Source: Octopus bimaculoides (Eukaryota). From it: a DNA stretch of 64,000 bases. Below the pieces are notes generated by a model, which saw nothing but the letters and a program-made list of their open reading frames with translations, was not told where the DNA came from and made no database searches. The translations under genes and the position numbers were made by a program. The DNA lies in the NCBI RefSeq assembly GCF_001194135.2, contig NC_068983.1:23220412-23284411 (forward strand). The letters run 5' to 3'. Within the stretch, counting starts at the first letter, position 1. Each line of letters starts with the position of its first letter. Shown here in pieces: positions 39,001-51,237 of the stretch.

Positions 39001-39254
39001 TGCTTCTGCTTTTCCTTCGTTCAGCTTCATCAGAAAGGGTGTGGGTCTATAGTTTGGGTATACATCAGTATAGCTGGAGATCAGTTATATTGATTATAAC
39101 CTCCCCTCTCATAGTTTTGTTAGTATTAGATATCGTTGTTTGTTTTTGTTGGTTGATGTTTGATATTCTTTTTTTTTTTTTTTTTCCATCAGCTTTGACT
39201 GCTACCCTGGGTGATGTGAATGCTGCCATTGACAGGCTTTTACAACAGAGATGA
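12360..39254 (+). CDS. UBQLN: Ubiquilin (Dsk2/UBQLN family), 13 coding exons in window, 5'-incomplete
   Basis: Hand-spliced exons 12360-12512, 19324-19542, 20581-20706, 22076-22126, 24227-24304, 26727-26850, 28803-28979, 30924-31063, 32609-32692, 35381-35496, 36555-36966, 38281-38365 and 39193-39254 join in frame (1827 nt) with AG/GT at every boundary. Product has a UBL domain ([12 protein letters not shown]), NP/MQ-rich STI1 repeats and a C-terminal UBA domain. Confidence 0.96.
14640..14859. mobile_element. TTAA-flanked (piggyBac-type) MITE; related copy 34471-34663
   Basis: TTAA|CCCTTTCGTTAC...GTAATGAAAGGG|TTAA; the second copy reads TTAA|CTCTTTTG...CAAAAGAG|TTAA. Confidence 0.8.
15500..17997 (-). 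mobile_element. Tigger/pogo-type transposon remnant, interrupted
   Basis: - strand begins TA|CAGTCAACTCTCACTAATCC at 17997. Decayed CENP-B HTH ([11 protein letters not shown]...[11 protein letters not shown]), FKQ*HAL...[27 protein letters not shown] (about 17360-17530) and [15 protein letters not shown]...KLW (about 16160-16255). Left boundary is approximate. Confidence 0.75.
16560..17260 (-). mobile_element. Penelope-like GIY-YIG endonuclease fragment nested in the Tigger remnant
   Basis: Frameshifted - strand motifs IVMYSI..., [13 protein letters not shown] (about 16770-16800) and [11 protein letters not shown]...LNIKNKW resemble the GIY-YIG C-terminus of PLE proteins. Heavily decayed. 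Confidence 0.55.
19324..19542 (+). CDS. UBQLN: Ubiquilin exon: G/S/T linker and GLGGLGGL motif
   Basis: ttttag|GCT...GAG|gtgtgt; ATAGNTGG...[33 protein letters not shown]; phase 0/0. Confidence 0.93.
20581..20706 (+). CDS. UBQLN: Ubiquilin exon: STI1 repeat
   Basis: tttacag|TTA...GAA|gtaagc; [42 protein letters not shown]. Confidence 0.96.
22076..22126 (+). CDS. UBQLN: Ubiquilin 51-nt exon: STI1 repeat
   Basis: ttttttcag|AGA...CAG|gtatga; [17 protein letters not shown]. Confidence 0.95.
22240..23920 (-). mobile_element. Old RTE LINE remnant (APE endonuclease part and ORF2 C-terminus, RT core missing)
   Basis: Decayed - strand motifs VRVSDR and [12 protein letters not shown] (about 23520-23560), and ASMLQWM...ELREKLGV...[10 protein letters not shown] (about 22380-22520). 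Confidence 0.6.
24227..24304 (+). CDS. UBQLN: Ubiquilin exon
   Basis: tatcttcag|ACA...GAA|gtaagt; [26 protein letters not shown]. Confidence 0.96.
24729..26480 (-). mobile_element. RTE-clade LINE, 5'-truncated, with RT domain, 3' UTR and (GAT)n tail (N gap 25039-25350 inside)
   Basis: [36 protein letters not shown] and [16 protein letters not shown] motifs; an in-frame TGA and frameshifts near the 5' end; co-oriented 3' tail at 24729-25038. Confidence 0.95.
26727..26850 (+). CDS. UBQLN: Ubiquilin exon
   Basis: ttttttaaag|AGT...AGTG|gtaagt; [41 protein letters not shown]; phase 0/1. Confidence 0.96.
26929..27140 (+). mobile_element. tRNA-headed SINE family C (other copies about 35640-35820, 37441-37540, 50101-50320, 53272-53595, 60675-60890)
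   Basis: GGCAGCGAGCTGGCAGAATC...GAGTTCAATTTCC...GGGGTCGGTAAAATAAGTACC...CCAAAATTTGAAACC, dispersed in both orientations. Confidence 0.82.
27393..27703. mobile_element. hAT-type MITE
   Basis: TIRs CAGTGGTTCTCAACC / GGTTGAGTACCACTG; 8-bp TSD GATTAGAG / GGTTAGAG (7 of 8 match). A related right end is at 7141-7155. Confidence 0.85.
28803..28979 (+). CDS. UBQLN: Ubiquilin exon: ENxDPLPNPW motif
   Basis: tatattcag|GA...TTTG|gtaagc; [29 protein letters not shown]...GGPF; phase 1/1. Confidence 0.93.
30924..31063 (+). CDS. UBQLN: Ubiquilin exon: STI1 repeat
   Basis: caatacag|GT...CAG|gtattt; [47 protein letters not shown]; phase 1/0. Confidence 0.96.
32609..32692 (+). CDS. UBQLN: Ubiquilin 84-nt exon
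   Basis: tatttcag|ATT...CAG|gtatat; [28 protein letters not shown]; phase 0/0. Confidence 0.94.
33870..34415 (-). mobile_element. Second, diverged copy of the same element family (about 330-bp unit), partly inverted, 11-bp TSD
   Basis: Shares blocks such as TTTCTAAATCTCTCAGAGAGATTTATGCAGT and TGTCAACTTAATGTGACAGTCCCAT with 55536-56378; orientation flips near 34040; 330-bp period (34051/34381); flanked by ATCATGGTTGG 33859-69 and ATCATGGTCGG 34416-26. Confidence 0.8.
34217..34250 (+). pseudogene. Hammerhead ribozyme family 1 relic lacking the CUGAUGA core
   Basis: TCCAGA gcaatgactct GAAAC ttaGTC TCTGGA. Stem I and the GAAAC/GTC side align to 56114-56156, but about 10 nt including the core are deleted. 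Confidence 0.65.
35381..35496 (+). CDS. UBQLN: Ubiquilin exon: last STI1 repeat
   Basis: cttttacag|TTG...CCAGG|gtatgc; [38 protein letters not shown]; phase 0/2. Confidence 0.96.
36555..36966 (+). CDS. UBQLN: Ubiquilin exon: long Thr/Ser-rich linker and UBA-adjacent helix
   Basis: ttcttacag|T...ATG|gtaggt; [23 protein letters not shown]...[20 protein letters not shown]...GQM; phase 2/0 fits both neighbouring exons. Confidence 0.88.
37671..38045 (-). mobile_element. Diverged RTE 3'-end copy
   Basis: (CAT)n tail and TTTCTACAGCTGGATGTCCTTCCTAATGCCAACCACTC block. Confidence 0.8.
38281..38365 (+). CDS. UBQLN: Ubiquilin exon: UBA N-terminal half
   Basis: tttttctag|GTT...AGAG|gtagtg; [28 protein letters not shown]; phase 0/1. 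Confidence 0.96.
38789..38942 (+). mobile_element. Young RTE 3'-end copy in the last ubiquilin intron
   Basis: Near-identical to 5987-6140. Confidence 0.9.
39193..39254 (+). CDS. UBQLN: Ubiquilin last coding exon: UBA C-terminal half
   Basis: ttccatcag|CT...TGA; [20 protein letters not shown]. Confidence 0.96.
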
Positions 39255-40290
39255 AGAGCAACAACATAAACTTCACCACCACTGCCACCACTACCACCGT
39301 CTCTCCATCTTTTGTTGTTGGTTAATTTAACTTTTCCAAATTCCAGAAAATTTTAAATTAAAAAAAAAAAAAGGACTACTAATTAAAAGAAACTCAATTC
39401 ATCCGCAACTACTACTACTACTACTCCTACTATTATTAATAATACTCTTACTTCTACTACTTCTACAGCAAAAACAAAGAAGGGTTGTTACTNNNNNNNN
39501 NNNNNNNNNNNNNNNNNNNNNNNNNNNNNNNNNNNNNNNNNNNNNNNNNNNNNNNNNNNNNNNNNNNNNNNNNNNNNNNNNNNNNNNNNNNNNNNNNNNN
39601 NNNNNNNNNNNNNNNNNNNNNNNNNNNNNNNNNNNNNNNNNNNNNNNNNNNNNNNNNNNNNNNNNNNNNNNNNNNNNNNNNNNNNNNNNNNNNNNNNNNN
39701 NNNNNNNNNNNNNNNNNNNNNNNNNNNNNNNNNNNNNNNNNNNNNNNNNNNNNNNNNNNNNNNNNNNNNNNNNNNNNNNNNNNNNNNNNNNNNNNNNNNN
39801 NNNNNNNNNNNNNNNNNNNNNNNNNNNNNNNNNNNNNNNNNNNNNNNNNNNNNNNNNNNNNNNNNNNNNNNNNNNNNNNNNNNNNNNNNNNNNNNNNNNN
39901 NNNNNNNNNNNNNNNNNNNNNNNNNNNNNNNNNNNNNNNNNNNNNNNNNNNNNNNNNNNNNNNNNNNNNNNNNNNNNNNNNNNNNNNNNNNNNNNNNNNN
40001 NNNNNNNNNNNNNNNNNNNNNNNNNNNNNNNNNNNNNNNNNNNNNNNNNNNNNNNNNNNNNNNNNNNNNNNNNNNNNNNNNNNNNNNNNNNNNNNNNNNN
40101 NNNNNNNNNNNNNNNNNNNNNNNNNNNNNNNNNNNNNNNNNNNNNNNNNNNNNNNNNNNNNNNNNNNNNNNNNNNNNNNNNNNNNNNNNNNNNNNNNNNN
40201 NNNNNNNNNNNNNNNNNNNNNNNNNNNNNNNNNNNNNNNNNNNNNNNNNNNNNNNNNNNNNNNNNNNNNNNNNNNNNNNNNNNNNNTTTA

Positions 40291-40323
<33 letters not shown>

Positions 40324-43300
40324 TCCTCCTTTCTCTCTTCTCCCTTAAATTCTAACGAATTTCTTATTTTAATCGTCTGCTCTTTCATTAACAGGCTAAT
40401 GACAAAAAAAAGATCGGTTTGTTCTCTCTCCCTCTCCCAATATATTGATGCAACCTCTATTCAATGGTTTATCATTGGTCTGCTAGCTTGACAGATAATT
40501 AGTTGCTTATGCTTTACCTTATTTCCTCTTACACTAATAGTGTGTGACTCCCCCAAAAGAATTTTATAGCCAGCTCTTTTGAGAGACATCGACAGGTGGT
40601 TATCTTGAAGAATGCTTTTTTTTTTTTTTTTAAACCTCCCCCCACCTAAATCAATCAAATCTGTCCGCTATTTCTTAGAAAACAAATATTTAATAATTAG
40701 ATCTGAAGGAAGTTTAAGGTGTCTTAGATTCTTATCAGAATCTGTATAGTCCTTGGGTATTTCCCTGTGATATATATATACTATACTGCAAATATGAACA
40801 TTTACATCATATTTTTAAACACACACATGCAAACATACATTCACACAGCTGGACATGGACGTGAACTCTTATTATTGAATCATATTCTTTTATATTACAG
40901 GAATACTTTCTTTAAGATCAGTCTTATTAAAAAAAAACAATTCTAATGGAGAAAAGAAAAACTGGATAAAATGACAGCTGATTTTATAAAAGAAGAAAAA
41001 TTTCAAAAATAAAGCTATGGGACTCCTGCCTTGGACAAGTTTCTACTCCTTTTTAATTTGCAGAAAATTGCATTAGCTTTGAACTGGAGCAATAAAATAT
41101 ATTAAATCTTATAAAAACTTAGAAGATTAGTTGAAAACATATTTATGCAATCAAACATCATTAGCAGAAGAATACACAGTATTAAAATAAAAGAAACCCA
41201 GATAAATAATTGCCATCATAACCACTTGGGTCAAGAAACTAGAAATATTCCTTTGGTAATTTTTTTTTTTTTTTTTTTTTTTTGTAATTTGTTTTATTTG
41301 TATTTTTCCATTTTTCTTTGAACTGATGAAGGAAAAGAACTTTGATGGTGGCAGTGATGGATTTGGTGAGGTTTGGATATGTTAGGTTTTGTTGACCAAA
41401 CCATTGACTTTTTGAGTACTGTAAATTGAGAACATCATAGATCCAGTATTCAAAAGGTTAAAACGAGAAAGATGAAGATTAAAAAAAACAAAAAACAAAG
41501 GTATTTGCAAGGGTCTCAGGTCTTGTGTGTAATCAATATATAAACACCATTACTGTTTACCTGATACATTGCTCTTTTCCCTGTTCCATATTTTCCCAAC
41601 CAGATTGAGAAAAAAAATACCAATGAAAGGAGATTAAAAGAAAGAATGCTTTGAGGNNNNNNNNNNNNNNNNNNNNNNNNNNNNNNNNNNNNNNNNNNNN
41701 NNNNNNNNNNNNNNNNNNNNNNNNNNNNNNNNNNNNNNNNNNNNNNNNNTTTTGTGGGGGTTAATCAGGATTGTTTTGGAAATTGCTTTTTGTGTTAAGT
41801 ACAAAGTTTCAAATTGGAGTGTTTTAGTTCTTGTAGAATTAGCATATTTGGGCTTGGAGTTGAAATGGGAACGTGAGAAGAAGAAGAAAAAAAAAAACTA
41901 AAGAAAAGAGAGAGAAAAATGAACAAGCCACATAGAGAAATGATGCTGTGGTTCTTCAGAGTTAGAAGAAACAATGACTGAAAGGGGTTTGAACATGTTT
42001 TCTCAGTCATTGCAAAGTATCTTTTTAAAATGTTTTGACCTTTAAACTCTATTACAGCCAATCCTTCCCATGTAAAAACAGTCTTTGATTCTCTATACCT
42101 GACTACTATTGTTATCCATTCTAATTACTACTGTAATAATAATTATCATTATTGCTACTTTTAGTACAAATTGTACAAGACCATCTCTGCCAGCCAAATA
42201 GTGATACATGAGCAATTTACTTGAGAAGCCAACAATTGTAATAAACAATTAAGCAAGGTAGCCTCAGTTGTTAACTCTTTACTAGAGATATGTGCCTGCT
42301 TTTTGTTGTCTGTCTTGTCTGTTACATTTGGTAAGATGGACACACACTTGACTGACTCGGTTTATTATCATTTAAAATTCTTTGTATTGTATGCATATTT
42401 TTCTTTTAATATTAGTTTGTTTAATAATTCACAATTGATTTGGCATTGTGTTTTGTTATTTTATGAAGTATGCTTAAAATTTTTTTTTTTTTCCCCCTTT
42501 CACATTGTCATTTATTAAATGAGTATTAGGTAACTGCATGAAGTGGTAAGTTTTGGACAATCAGTGGCCCACTTAAATTTGCACTTCTTTATACATTTTT
42601 GAAATGTTAACATTGTATTACAGGTTTGAATGATTTCACTTCAAATAGATGAAAAATAACACCATATAACAATGGATTAGTAATTCTGGAAATTTTAGCA
42701 TCTACATCTTTATCTCCAAAGATTCTTTAGTAGCAACAGGTGCTATCAAAGACAGAGATGCTGACATGTTTTACTGTAATGTGTTTAACAAATTAATGTT
42801 CTCCATTTGTCAAGACTGTTACTGCTCTTAATTTACTGATGAGCTGACTAACTGTAAGTTAACCTCTATCATCATCATTGTGTCAAGCAAGTGTTGAATG
42901 GAAATGTGTAATCCAGAATTACCAGGATCTAGCTGGAACATGAATGGGAACTGCAAAGAATTACCAGTATTTTCTGTTAATTATAATATTGATTTCTCTA
43001 TCTTTAATTATTATGATTTATTTATTTGTGGTACAAAACGTTGCAAAATTATCTGGTAATAATATCCTTGTTTTGTTTCTAGCACTTTTTGAACAGTGTC
43101 AGAGTTATCTTTGTACAATAACAACAGTTATGCTTTTGCTGTGGGTTACTGCCCATGGTCTCCAGTGCTGTATGACCTAAATTGACATCAAGATACAGCA
43201 AAATTCAAGGATCTGGTATGTGTAAATCATTTCTAGAAGCTGTTTGGCAATATTTTTCTCTGAAATTTATTTGATTCTTGGATGTAACTGAGGACAGTGA

Positions 43301-43441
43301 TCAAAGATTCAACAACCAACTTTGGAAAGAAATTTAAAGTTCAACCTGGCTGGTTATGTGAAGACATTGAATTGCTGTTATGCAATAAAAACAAAGCGAT
43401 CAGCATATTGGTAGGCTAAAAGTAATATATATCATATTACT

Positions 43442-44270
43442 TCATCATCATTTAACATTCATCCATGCTGTTATGGGTTGGACGGTTTGACCTGAGCTGG
43501 TAAGCTGGGCAGCTGCACCAGACTTGGTTTCTACAGTTTGATACCCTTCCTAATGTCAACCACTTTACAGAGTGTGCTGGGTGCTTTTATGTGGCACGAC
43601 ACAGTTGCTTTATACGTGGAGTCACACAGGTTCTTTTATGTGGCACCACCACAAGTGTAAGACACCACCAGAAGGATAAGTCTTAACACTTCTGTTGTGG
43701 AGTACAAGTCTTCTTGAGTATGGCAAGGCACCAGACATCTGAGTCCCGTGTCATCTCACCTGAAAGGTTCAGCTTTCTGAGGTCATTCTTCAGTACTTCA
43801 TCCCTTGTCTTCCTGGATCTCCCACTTCCATGTGTTTCGTCCACTTTGAGAATTCGGCACTTCTTTATGGAGCTGTTGGCACCCATCCACATCACATAAC
43901 CAAACCAGTGCAGTCTTGCCTCTTGCACACAGCAACTAATTCCTCTTATGCCTAACTTCTCTCTCAGAACACTAGCACTCTGTCAAACATGTACGCTTAC
44001 GTTACACATCCAGTGGAGCATACTAGCCTCCTTCCTTTCTAACCTTTACATGTCTTCTGCATTCATGGCCCATGTCTCACTGTCATGTAGATTTACTGTC
44101 CATATACATGCATCATAAAATCTTTCATGGCCAACAGAGGTAACAGCTCTCTGAATTCCCTCCATCCTATTATTCTAGCTATCACACTCTTCATGCATCC
44201 TCCTCCACTACTAATTTGGTCCCTAGGTAACAGAAATTTTCTCCTGCGTCTAATGAGCCACCAGGGCATT
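43442..44270 (-). mobile_element. Older RTE LINE 3' fragment with (TGA)n tail
   Basis: FCYLGDQISSGGGC...[19 protein letters not shown] and GRSRKTRDEVLKNDLRKL, followed by the degenerate RTE 3' UTR. Confidence 0.85.
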
Positions 44271-45340
44271 TGAGAGAATCAATTTCCCGTGTCTCTTAAA
44301 GTTTTTATGGATCCTCTGCATCTTCCACATATGAAAACTATCTTTTCTGATAACCTTTTTATCAATCCACTGCATGTCTCGTATGTCCATAGCTTACACT
44401 GTATGGAGTTCCTGCCTACATCTCTCCTACAAATCAAACAGGTCCCACACCTTTCCTACAAATCAAACGGGGCCACTTACCTGAGTGGGGTTGGGTCATA
44501 TTTGTATTGTCGTTCTGGTTAATACTGAACTTCTGCCTAAAAGATTTAGGAATGCATTGGTGTTGTGCAAGCTATCCTGAGTGGCTGGAGAGATAATTAC
44601 TGTTCTGCTTACAGCCAAGCACAAGTGTGTTTGTTTTGTTAGATTGGTAGCAGTATAAAGGACACAAGTTTGGAGCAGGCTTATGACACCTTTTGCCAAC
44701 TCAAATGAGACAACCCCAACTAGCTTTACAGCACTGCAGCAATGATGAGAGTGCACAACAGCGTGTTTCTTACTGGAAAAGCATTTTTTCTTGATTCCAG
44801 AAGATTTTAGAATTCTCAATATCTATATAACCGTACAGGTAAAATATGATGAGAAACATGTTTAGGGCTCGCAGAGAGTTCGTGTAGATTCAACCACAGT
44901 CTAGAAGTAAACATGATCTTTACATGAATTATGAGAGAAAAGCATGAGCTACTGTTTGTGGCTTTTATAAATTTTACAAAGGCTTTTATATATGACTTTA
45001 CCCTCTAGCTACATTCTTTGGTTGCTTTGAAATTTTGTGTATCTTTGGAATCCCACTGCTTCATGTACAAGTTAAAGTCCGTATTAAAACAAAAGATTTT
45101 TGTAGTTTTCTCAGGTTGTGGTCTAGCTCCTACTCTGTTCTCCTTCGTATATAAATAGTTAAGTTTCTTGGCTAGTTTTCTGTATTCTATGCATCCCATT
45201 GGACATGCTGAAGAAGGAATCTTCAAAGTCATATAACCATATGAATGAGACATGGACTCTGCAACCTGTATTACAGGCTACCTGTTTTAGATGAACAACA
45301 ACAATTCTGTATTGTTGACGTGATAAAATGCACCCGTCAA

Positions 45341-45697
45341 GGCGCAATGGCCCAGTGGTTAGGGCAGCGGACTCGCGGTCATAGGATCGCGGTTTCGATT
45401 CCCAGACCGGGCATTGTGAGTGTTTATTGAGCGAAAAGCACCTAAAGCTCCACGAGGCTCCGGCAGGGGATGGTGGCAAACCCTTCTGTACTCTTTCACC
45501 ACAACTTTCTCTCACTCTTACTTCCTGTTTCTGTTGTGCCTGTGTCACGCTCAATATCCCCGAGAACTACATTAAGGGTACACGTGTCTGTGGAGTGCTC
45601 AGCCACTTGCACGTTAATTTTACAAGCAGGCTGTTCCGTTGATCGGATCAACTGGAACCCTCGACGTCGTAAGCGACGGAGTGCCAACAACAACAAC
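45341..45697 (+). mobile_element. tRNA-headed SINE family D with (CAA)n tail
   Basis: A box TGGCCCAGTGG and B box GTTTCGATTCC; AATGCACCC repeated on both flanks (45327-35, 45700-08); lacks 29 nt present in the 49549 copy. Confidence 0.88.
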
Positions 45698-48686
45698 AGA
45701 ATGCACCCAGTCCACATTGTAAGACATGACTACAAAGTTGGCCAGTTTTCTCTCTTGTGTGTGTCAGAAGATGCAACCTATAACAATTAATTTAAAATAG
45801 TATTTTTTTCCTCTATTCCAGGACTTGGTGTGGAATGAAATTGAAAGATGCAAGTGTGAGATTATGTATGTTATTTCTAAAGATTGTAGAAAATACTGTG
45901 ATGTTAGATCTCTGGAAGTTGGATGAAATGCTAAAAAATGTGACAAATGATTAATATAAGATGAATGTCAATATAATATGCACCAGACCCATGCTAACCT
46001 ATGTTAGCATGGAGAAACCAATTAAAACACTGCATGATGATAATTGTGGTGGTGGTGGTGGTATAGATATCAGCTTTTTATAATTTTCAACCAACAACCA
46101 TCATATTAATGATACATTTTTTTATTGTCACTTACAACTTCAAATATTTGTAGCTATACCAATTATATTCAAGTTTTACAATAATATATGGCTACTATAG
46201 CCCTCTTACATAGTCTGTACATTGCTATTAGAGCTACTCTTCATTACAAAACTTTTAGTTATAATCAATGCAATATTCTAGGATTGTCCAAAGATCAAGT
46301 ATGTTGTAGTTTTCAAATTGGCAGTGAGAGCATTGAATCAAATACCATTTGGTATTTATTTCAGTTTCTTGCATTCTAAGTTCAAATTATGCTGAGACTG
46401 ATTTACTTTTTCATCTTTTCAGGATCAGTAAATAAAGTGCTAGTGTGGATTGGTGGCCTGATGGAATTGTTAGAGAACTGGACAAGATACCTTGCTGTAT
46501 TTGTTCTTGCTCTTTGTGTCCTGATTTCAAATCATATTAGGGCCTTACATGGGTGGTCGAGTTAATTAATTGTCCAGCACTTACTTTAACATCATCTGCT
46601 TTTTTCAGTGCCTTTTGCAAAGTCCACTCTCTTGTAAGCATTTGGACTGTGAAATTAGACCATGAAGGCCTTTTCATCAGTTTCAGATGAGGATTGAATC
46701 AACTGGTTTTACTGTCTTTACACTTTGTCTCTCCACCTGTCTGGTACCTAAGTAGTTATTTTCAAGATGTCAACTTTGTACCAGCAAATGACTTGTGTCT
46801 GCCGTAATTTAGTTTACCTTTTAATAAGTTTTTTTTTTCTACTACATCTTTGGGAGGGGAGATAAGTGATTCTTAATAACCTGTAAAGACAGTTAAACCA
46901 AGAGGTCCAATGTTCATCTGAAGCTATTGAAAATGTCTTCATAGGCTTAAGAGACTAAATGCATATGAATACGACTTGTGTATATTTATTTATTCATTTA
47001 TTCATTCATTCATAGCACATACTGTATCGGTCTTCTAGTATTATATTTAACAATGTGAAGGTAGTTGATTGGCAGAAACATTAGAGCATCAGATAAAATG
47101 TACCACAGAATTTGTTCCAAGTTCAAATCCTTCAAAGGACAGTTTTACCTGTCACCCTTCTGCAGTTGATTAAATAAAGCACAAATCAATTACTGAGGCT
47201 GATTTAATCATCTAACCGATTCACACTAAATTTGCTGGCATGGGTTGGACAGTTTGATAGGATCCAATTGTCTGTTTTGGCATGGTTTCTATGGCTGGAT
47301 GCCCTTTTAAACACCAAATATATATATATATATATATATTCTTTTGTCCTTTTACTTGTTTCAGTCATTTGATTGCTGCCATACTGGAGCACCACCTTAA
47401 AGACTGTTTTAGTTGAAATCTACCCCAGGACTTATTCTTTGTAAGCATAGTACTTATTCTATTGGTTTCTTCTGCTGAGATGCTAGGGATGAAAACATTC
47501 CAACACTAGTTGTTAAGTGGCAATGGGGGGACAAACACACGTATATATACAACAGGCTTCTTTCAGTTTCCGTCTACCAAATTCACTCACAAGGCTTTGG
47601 TCGACTTGAAACTATAGTAAAGGACACTTGCCCAGTGTGCCACGCAGTGAAGCTGAACCCGGAACCATATGGTTGGGAAACAAGCTTCTTAACACACTTG
47701 ATGTCTAAAACTTTTATTGCATAAATTTCTTAGTTTTCTAAATTTTCTTGTATAAATTTCTCTTAATTTTAAAAATAGGTAGTTACTTTTCAGACACCCT
47801 GCATTTCATAAAATGCATGTAGGAGTGGTTGCAGATTTTTATATTTTAAAAAAGTTAAAAAAAATATTTCATACAAACATTACTATAATTTGAAGATGAA
47901 TGAAGCAAATTAATAATTAAATTTACTGGTTTCCTTAAAATTTTATTCCAGTCATTAAAGTAATTTTTATAGGTCTAGTTTGGTAAAGGAGTTCTGTCCA
48001 TCGCTATCACAGGCCTTCTATGAAAGTAACATAAGCACAATCCCTCTTCAAATAATTAAGGATTATGTTCTAGTGTCTAAATACTAATAGCAAAATTGTT
48101 AAACTACAGTAATTATAGTCTTTTGTTATCTGTGTTCAAATACTACTGAAGTTCACTTTGCCTTTCATTCTGGGGTAAATAAAATAAAGCACCTGTCAGG
48201 TACTGGATTTGATTTATATCCTTATGATGTTTCTGTTTGTGTGAATGAATTATAGATGAAAATGATGATCAGTTAGATTTATTCATGATTAGTTTTAGCA
48301 TGTTTCTATTCCAAATTATTGTAAAGTTTCTATTGACTGGTACTTTAACTTTTGTTGAGTAAACGGTCAGGCAAAACTTAGACCTGATCAACATGAAATT
48401 TTGACTCGGCTCTTTGTAGTGAGCCCTCCCAAAATAACAACCTCTATCTAACATCTATTTCTAATTATATCTCCTATATAATTTATATATTCCCTCTTCT
48501 TTGTTAAAGTAGCACAATTAATAAATGAATAATTTTTATTGATTCATATTTTCTTTCTCAGTATCATCTTTAACAGAATTGACAGCTCAATTCTCTATAT
48601 TCCCTGATTTTTGTTTGCAAAATGTCTTAAGATGGGTATTTTCCAATGTTAACCCTTGAAATTTTCAAATGAACACCAATCACAAA

Positions 48687-48942
48687 TCAGTTTTGTTTCT
48701 TCATGTTTTTGTTCTGCTTGTAAGACAAAACAGCTGTTCGCTTTAACAAATTATTTCGAACTAAATCAGATGACCATCCATTGACTACGTGAGAGTTATC
48801 AACCCCTGATTCACTGTCACTCTCCACACTTGTGTCAACACCTTCATCTTTGTGGTCATCCTCTGTGCTAATGTCCATCTTGCGAACAATGAGTCGAAGA
48901 AGTTCATAGTGTTTGTTTATGCTGTTTGTTATATCACGCAAT
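48687..48942 (-). CDS. TRPA1: TRPA1-like last coding exon: coiled coil and tail
   Basis: ccttccag|A TTG CGT...TGA; RLRDITNSINKHYELLRLIVRKMDISTEDDHKDEGV...MKKQN*. Confidence 0.92.
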
Positions 48943-51199
48943 CTGGAAGGAAAATACAAAACTGTGATAAAAGAGGGGAAAATTATTTGATATTCGACAA
49001 TCACAATGTGTGAATTACACACACAATCAGCATTCTATGATGAAAAAAAACTCCTTGAATTTCTTATAGACTAACTTCATTTTTAATTTTAATGAAATGT
49101 TTCTCTTCATGGTATATCTAATTAACAAGTTACAGGTTAAATCATGTTGAAAATTTCTAAAAGGAAAGAAATAATGCTATACATGGCTACCACCAACTAG
49201 AAACTCTAATAACTTCATAGATAAATAAAATAAAAAAATTAAATAAACTCTGCATTTTCGTGATCCTAAATTTCTAATTCCATTTCATGTTGCAACGAGG
49301 TAGTTACCTCCCTTCAGCATTTATATATATATATATATAAAGTCTCTTTTCACATTAAGATATAAAAAAAAAAAAAAAATTGGCATGGCAAGATTTGAAC
49401 TCAAAACCTAAAGAGCCACAAGGAATATTGCAAAGCATTTTTTCCAGTATTCTAATGATTCTGTCTATTCACTGCCTTAAAATTTTGAGGAGAGGGAGTT
49501 TGTTGGTATCATCAACTCCATTTACTTGATTGTTACTTTATAATAGTGGAGGCGCAATGGCCTAGTGGTTAAGGCAGCGGACTCACAATCATAGGATTGT
49601 GGTTTCGATTCCCTGGCCAGGCGTTGTGAGTGTTTATTGAGCGAAAACACCTAAAGTTCCACGAGGTTCTGGCAGGGGATGGTGGCAAACCCTGCTGTAC
49701 TCTTCCACCACAAATTTCTCTCACTCTTTCTTCCTGTTCCTGTTGTGCCTGTAATTCAAAGGGTCAGCCTTGTCACACTGTGTCACGCTGAATATCCCCG
49801 AGAACTACATTAAGGGTACACGTGTCTGTGGAGTGCTCAGCCACTTGCACGTTAATTTCACGAGCAGGCTGTTCCGTTGATCAGATCAACTGGAACCCTC
49901 AACATCGTAAGCGACAGAGTGCCAACAACAACAACAACTTTATAATATTGACCTCAAAATAGTGACTTTGATAGAATTTGAATTCAGAGTGTAGAGAGCT
50001 GAAAGAAATATAGCAAATCTTTTTGTCAATTGTTCCAGTAATTTTTACCAGACAAGCATCCTGTCTTCTATAATCTTAATAATATTACAGTTATATTACA
50101 AAGCAGTGAGCTGGCAGAATTATTACTCCACCAGGTAAAATGCTTTACAGCATTTTGTCTGTCTTTATGTTCTGAGTTCAAAGTCTGCTGAGGTTGACTC
50201 TGCCTTTTGTCCCTTTTGAGTTTGAGAAAATAAGTACCAGTTGAGCACTGGGGTCAATGTAATCAATTTATATACTCCCTTCAAAATTGTTAGCCTTGTG
50301 CCAAAATTTGAAACCAGTTTTACAATTACATTACCTTTTCTTTTGTTGGTGCATTTCATCATAAAGGTAAGCATTCTGTGCAATTGAACGGCCCAAACTA
50401 GCTAATTTAGCATCCAATTGCCCTGCATCTGCGTCTTCATTTACAATTTTCTACAAGAAATAAAGAAAATTATTAATGTTTTCTTACCAGTTCAACTATT
50501 CAAATATTATTACTGAAATCTTCAAAACCAAAAATTAAAAAAACAAACAAAAAAAAACACCTTTTCCTCTTCCCAAGCTTTGTGTTGTTTAATCCTCTAG
50601 CATTTAAACTGGCCATATCTGGTTCAAATTGGACAGATCTGATCTCTCACACCTACCATACAATAACATTCTAAAAATAAACAATCACATCCTCAAAATC
50701 TCATAGCTATGAGACAACGCATGACTAATTCAAAACAATGTGAATGACTAAGTATTACATTTGACAATAATTCTGAATACTACAGGGTTAAGGAAGCTAT
50801 TGCCGCTTTCTTGTATTAGTATTGTAACTGTAATAGAAAAGGTAGAGCATTTGAAATTATCCTTAAATAATTGTGGAACCAGGACCAGGTCACCCAAATC
50901 CATGTAAATGGAAGACAGAACCTTAAACCTATTGTGTGTGAGCTTGTGGTCCTCCAAAAATTTCTCGGTTTGGGTTGTGACATTGTTGCCATTTCCCCTG
51001 TGAATGAATCATCTGTTGTCCTGTTGTCTTTATATGTTTTAAAACATGTGGTATAAGATATCCCTTAATTGAAAAACAAGAGATAGTAGCAAGGAGGGCA
51101 TCTGGTTGTAAAACAATTCCTTAATATATTCATTTAAGTCATGCCAGCATAAAAAACCTGTAAAGATGAACAAATACTCCTCCACATATACATACATGC

Positions 51200-51237
<38 letters not shown>

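Noticed and set aside
39399-40388. Long ORFs in the track at 7645-8466, 24806-25495, 39399-40388, 51240-51613 and 53641-54453
   Set aside because: They read through N gaps and microsatellites; artefacts.
45341-45415. tRNA-like sequence with A and B boxes (also 49548-49625)
   Set aside because: It continues into a SINE body and (CAA)n tail with TSDs, and no proper acceptor stem is seen; a SINE head, not a tRNA gene.
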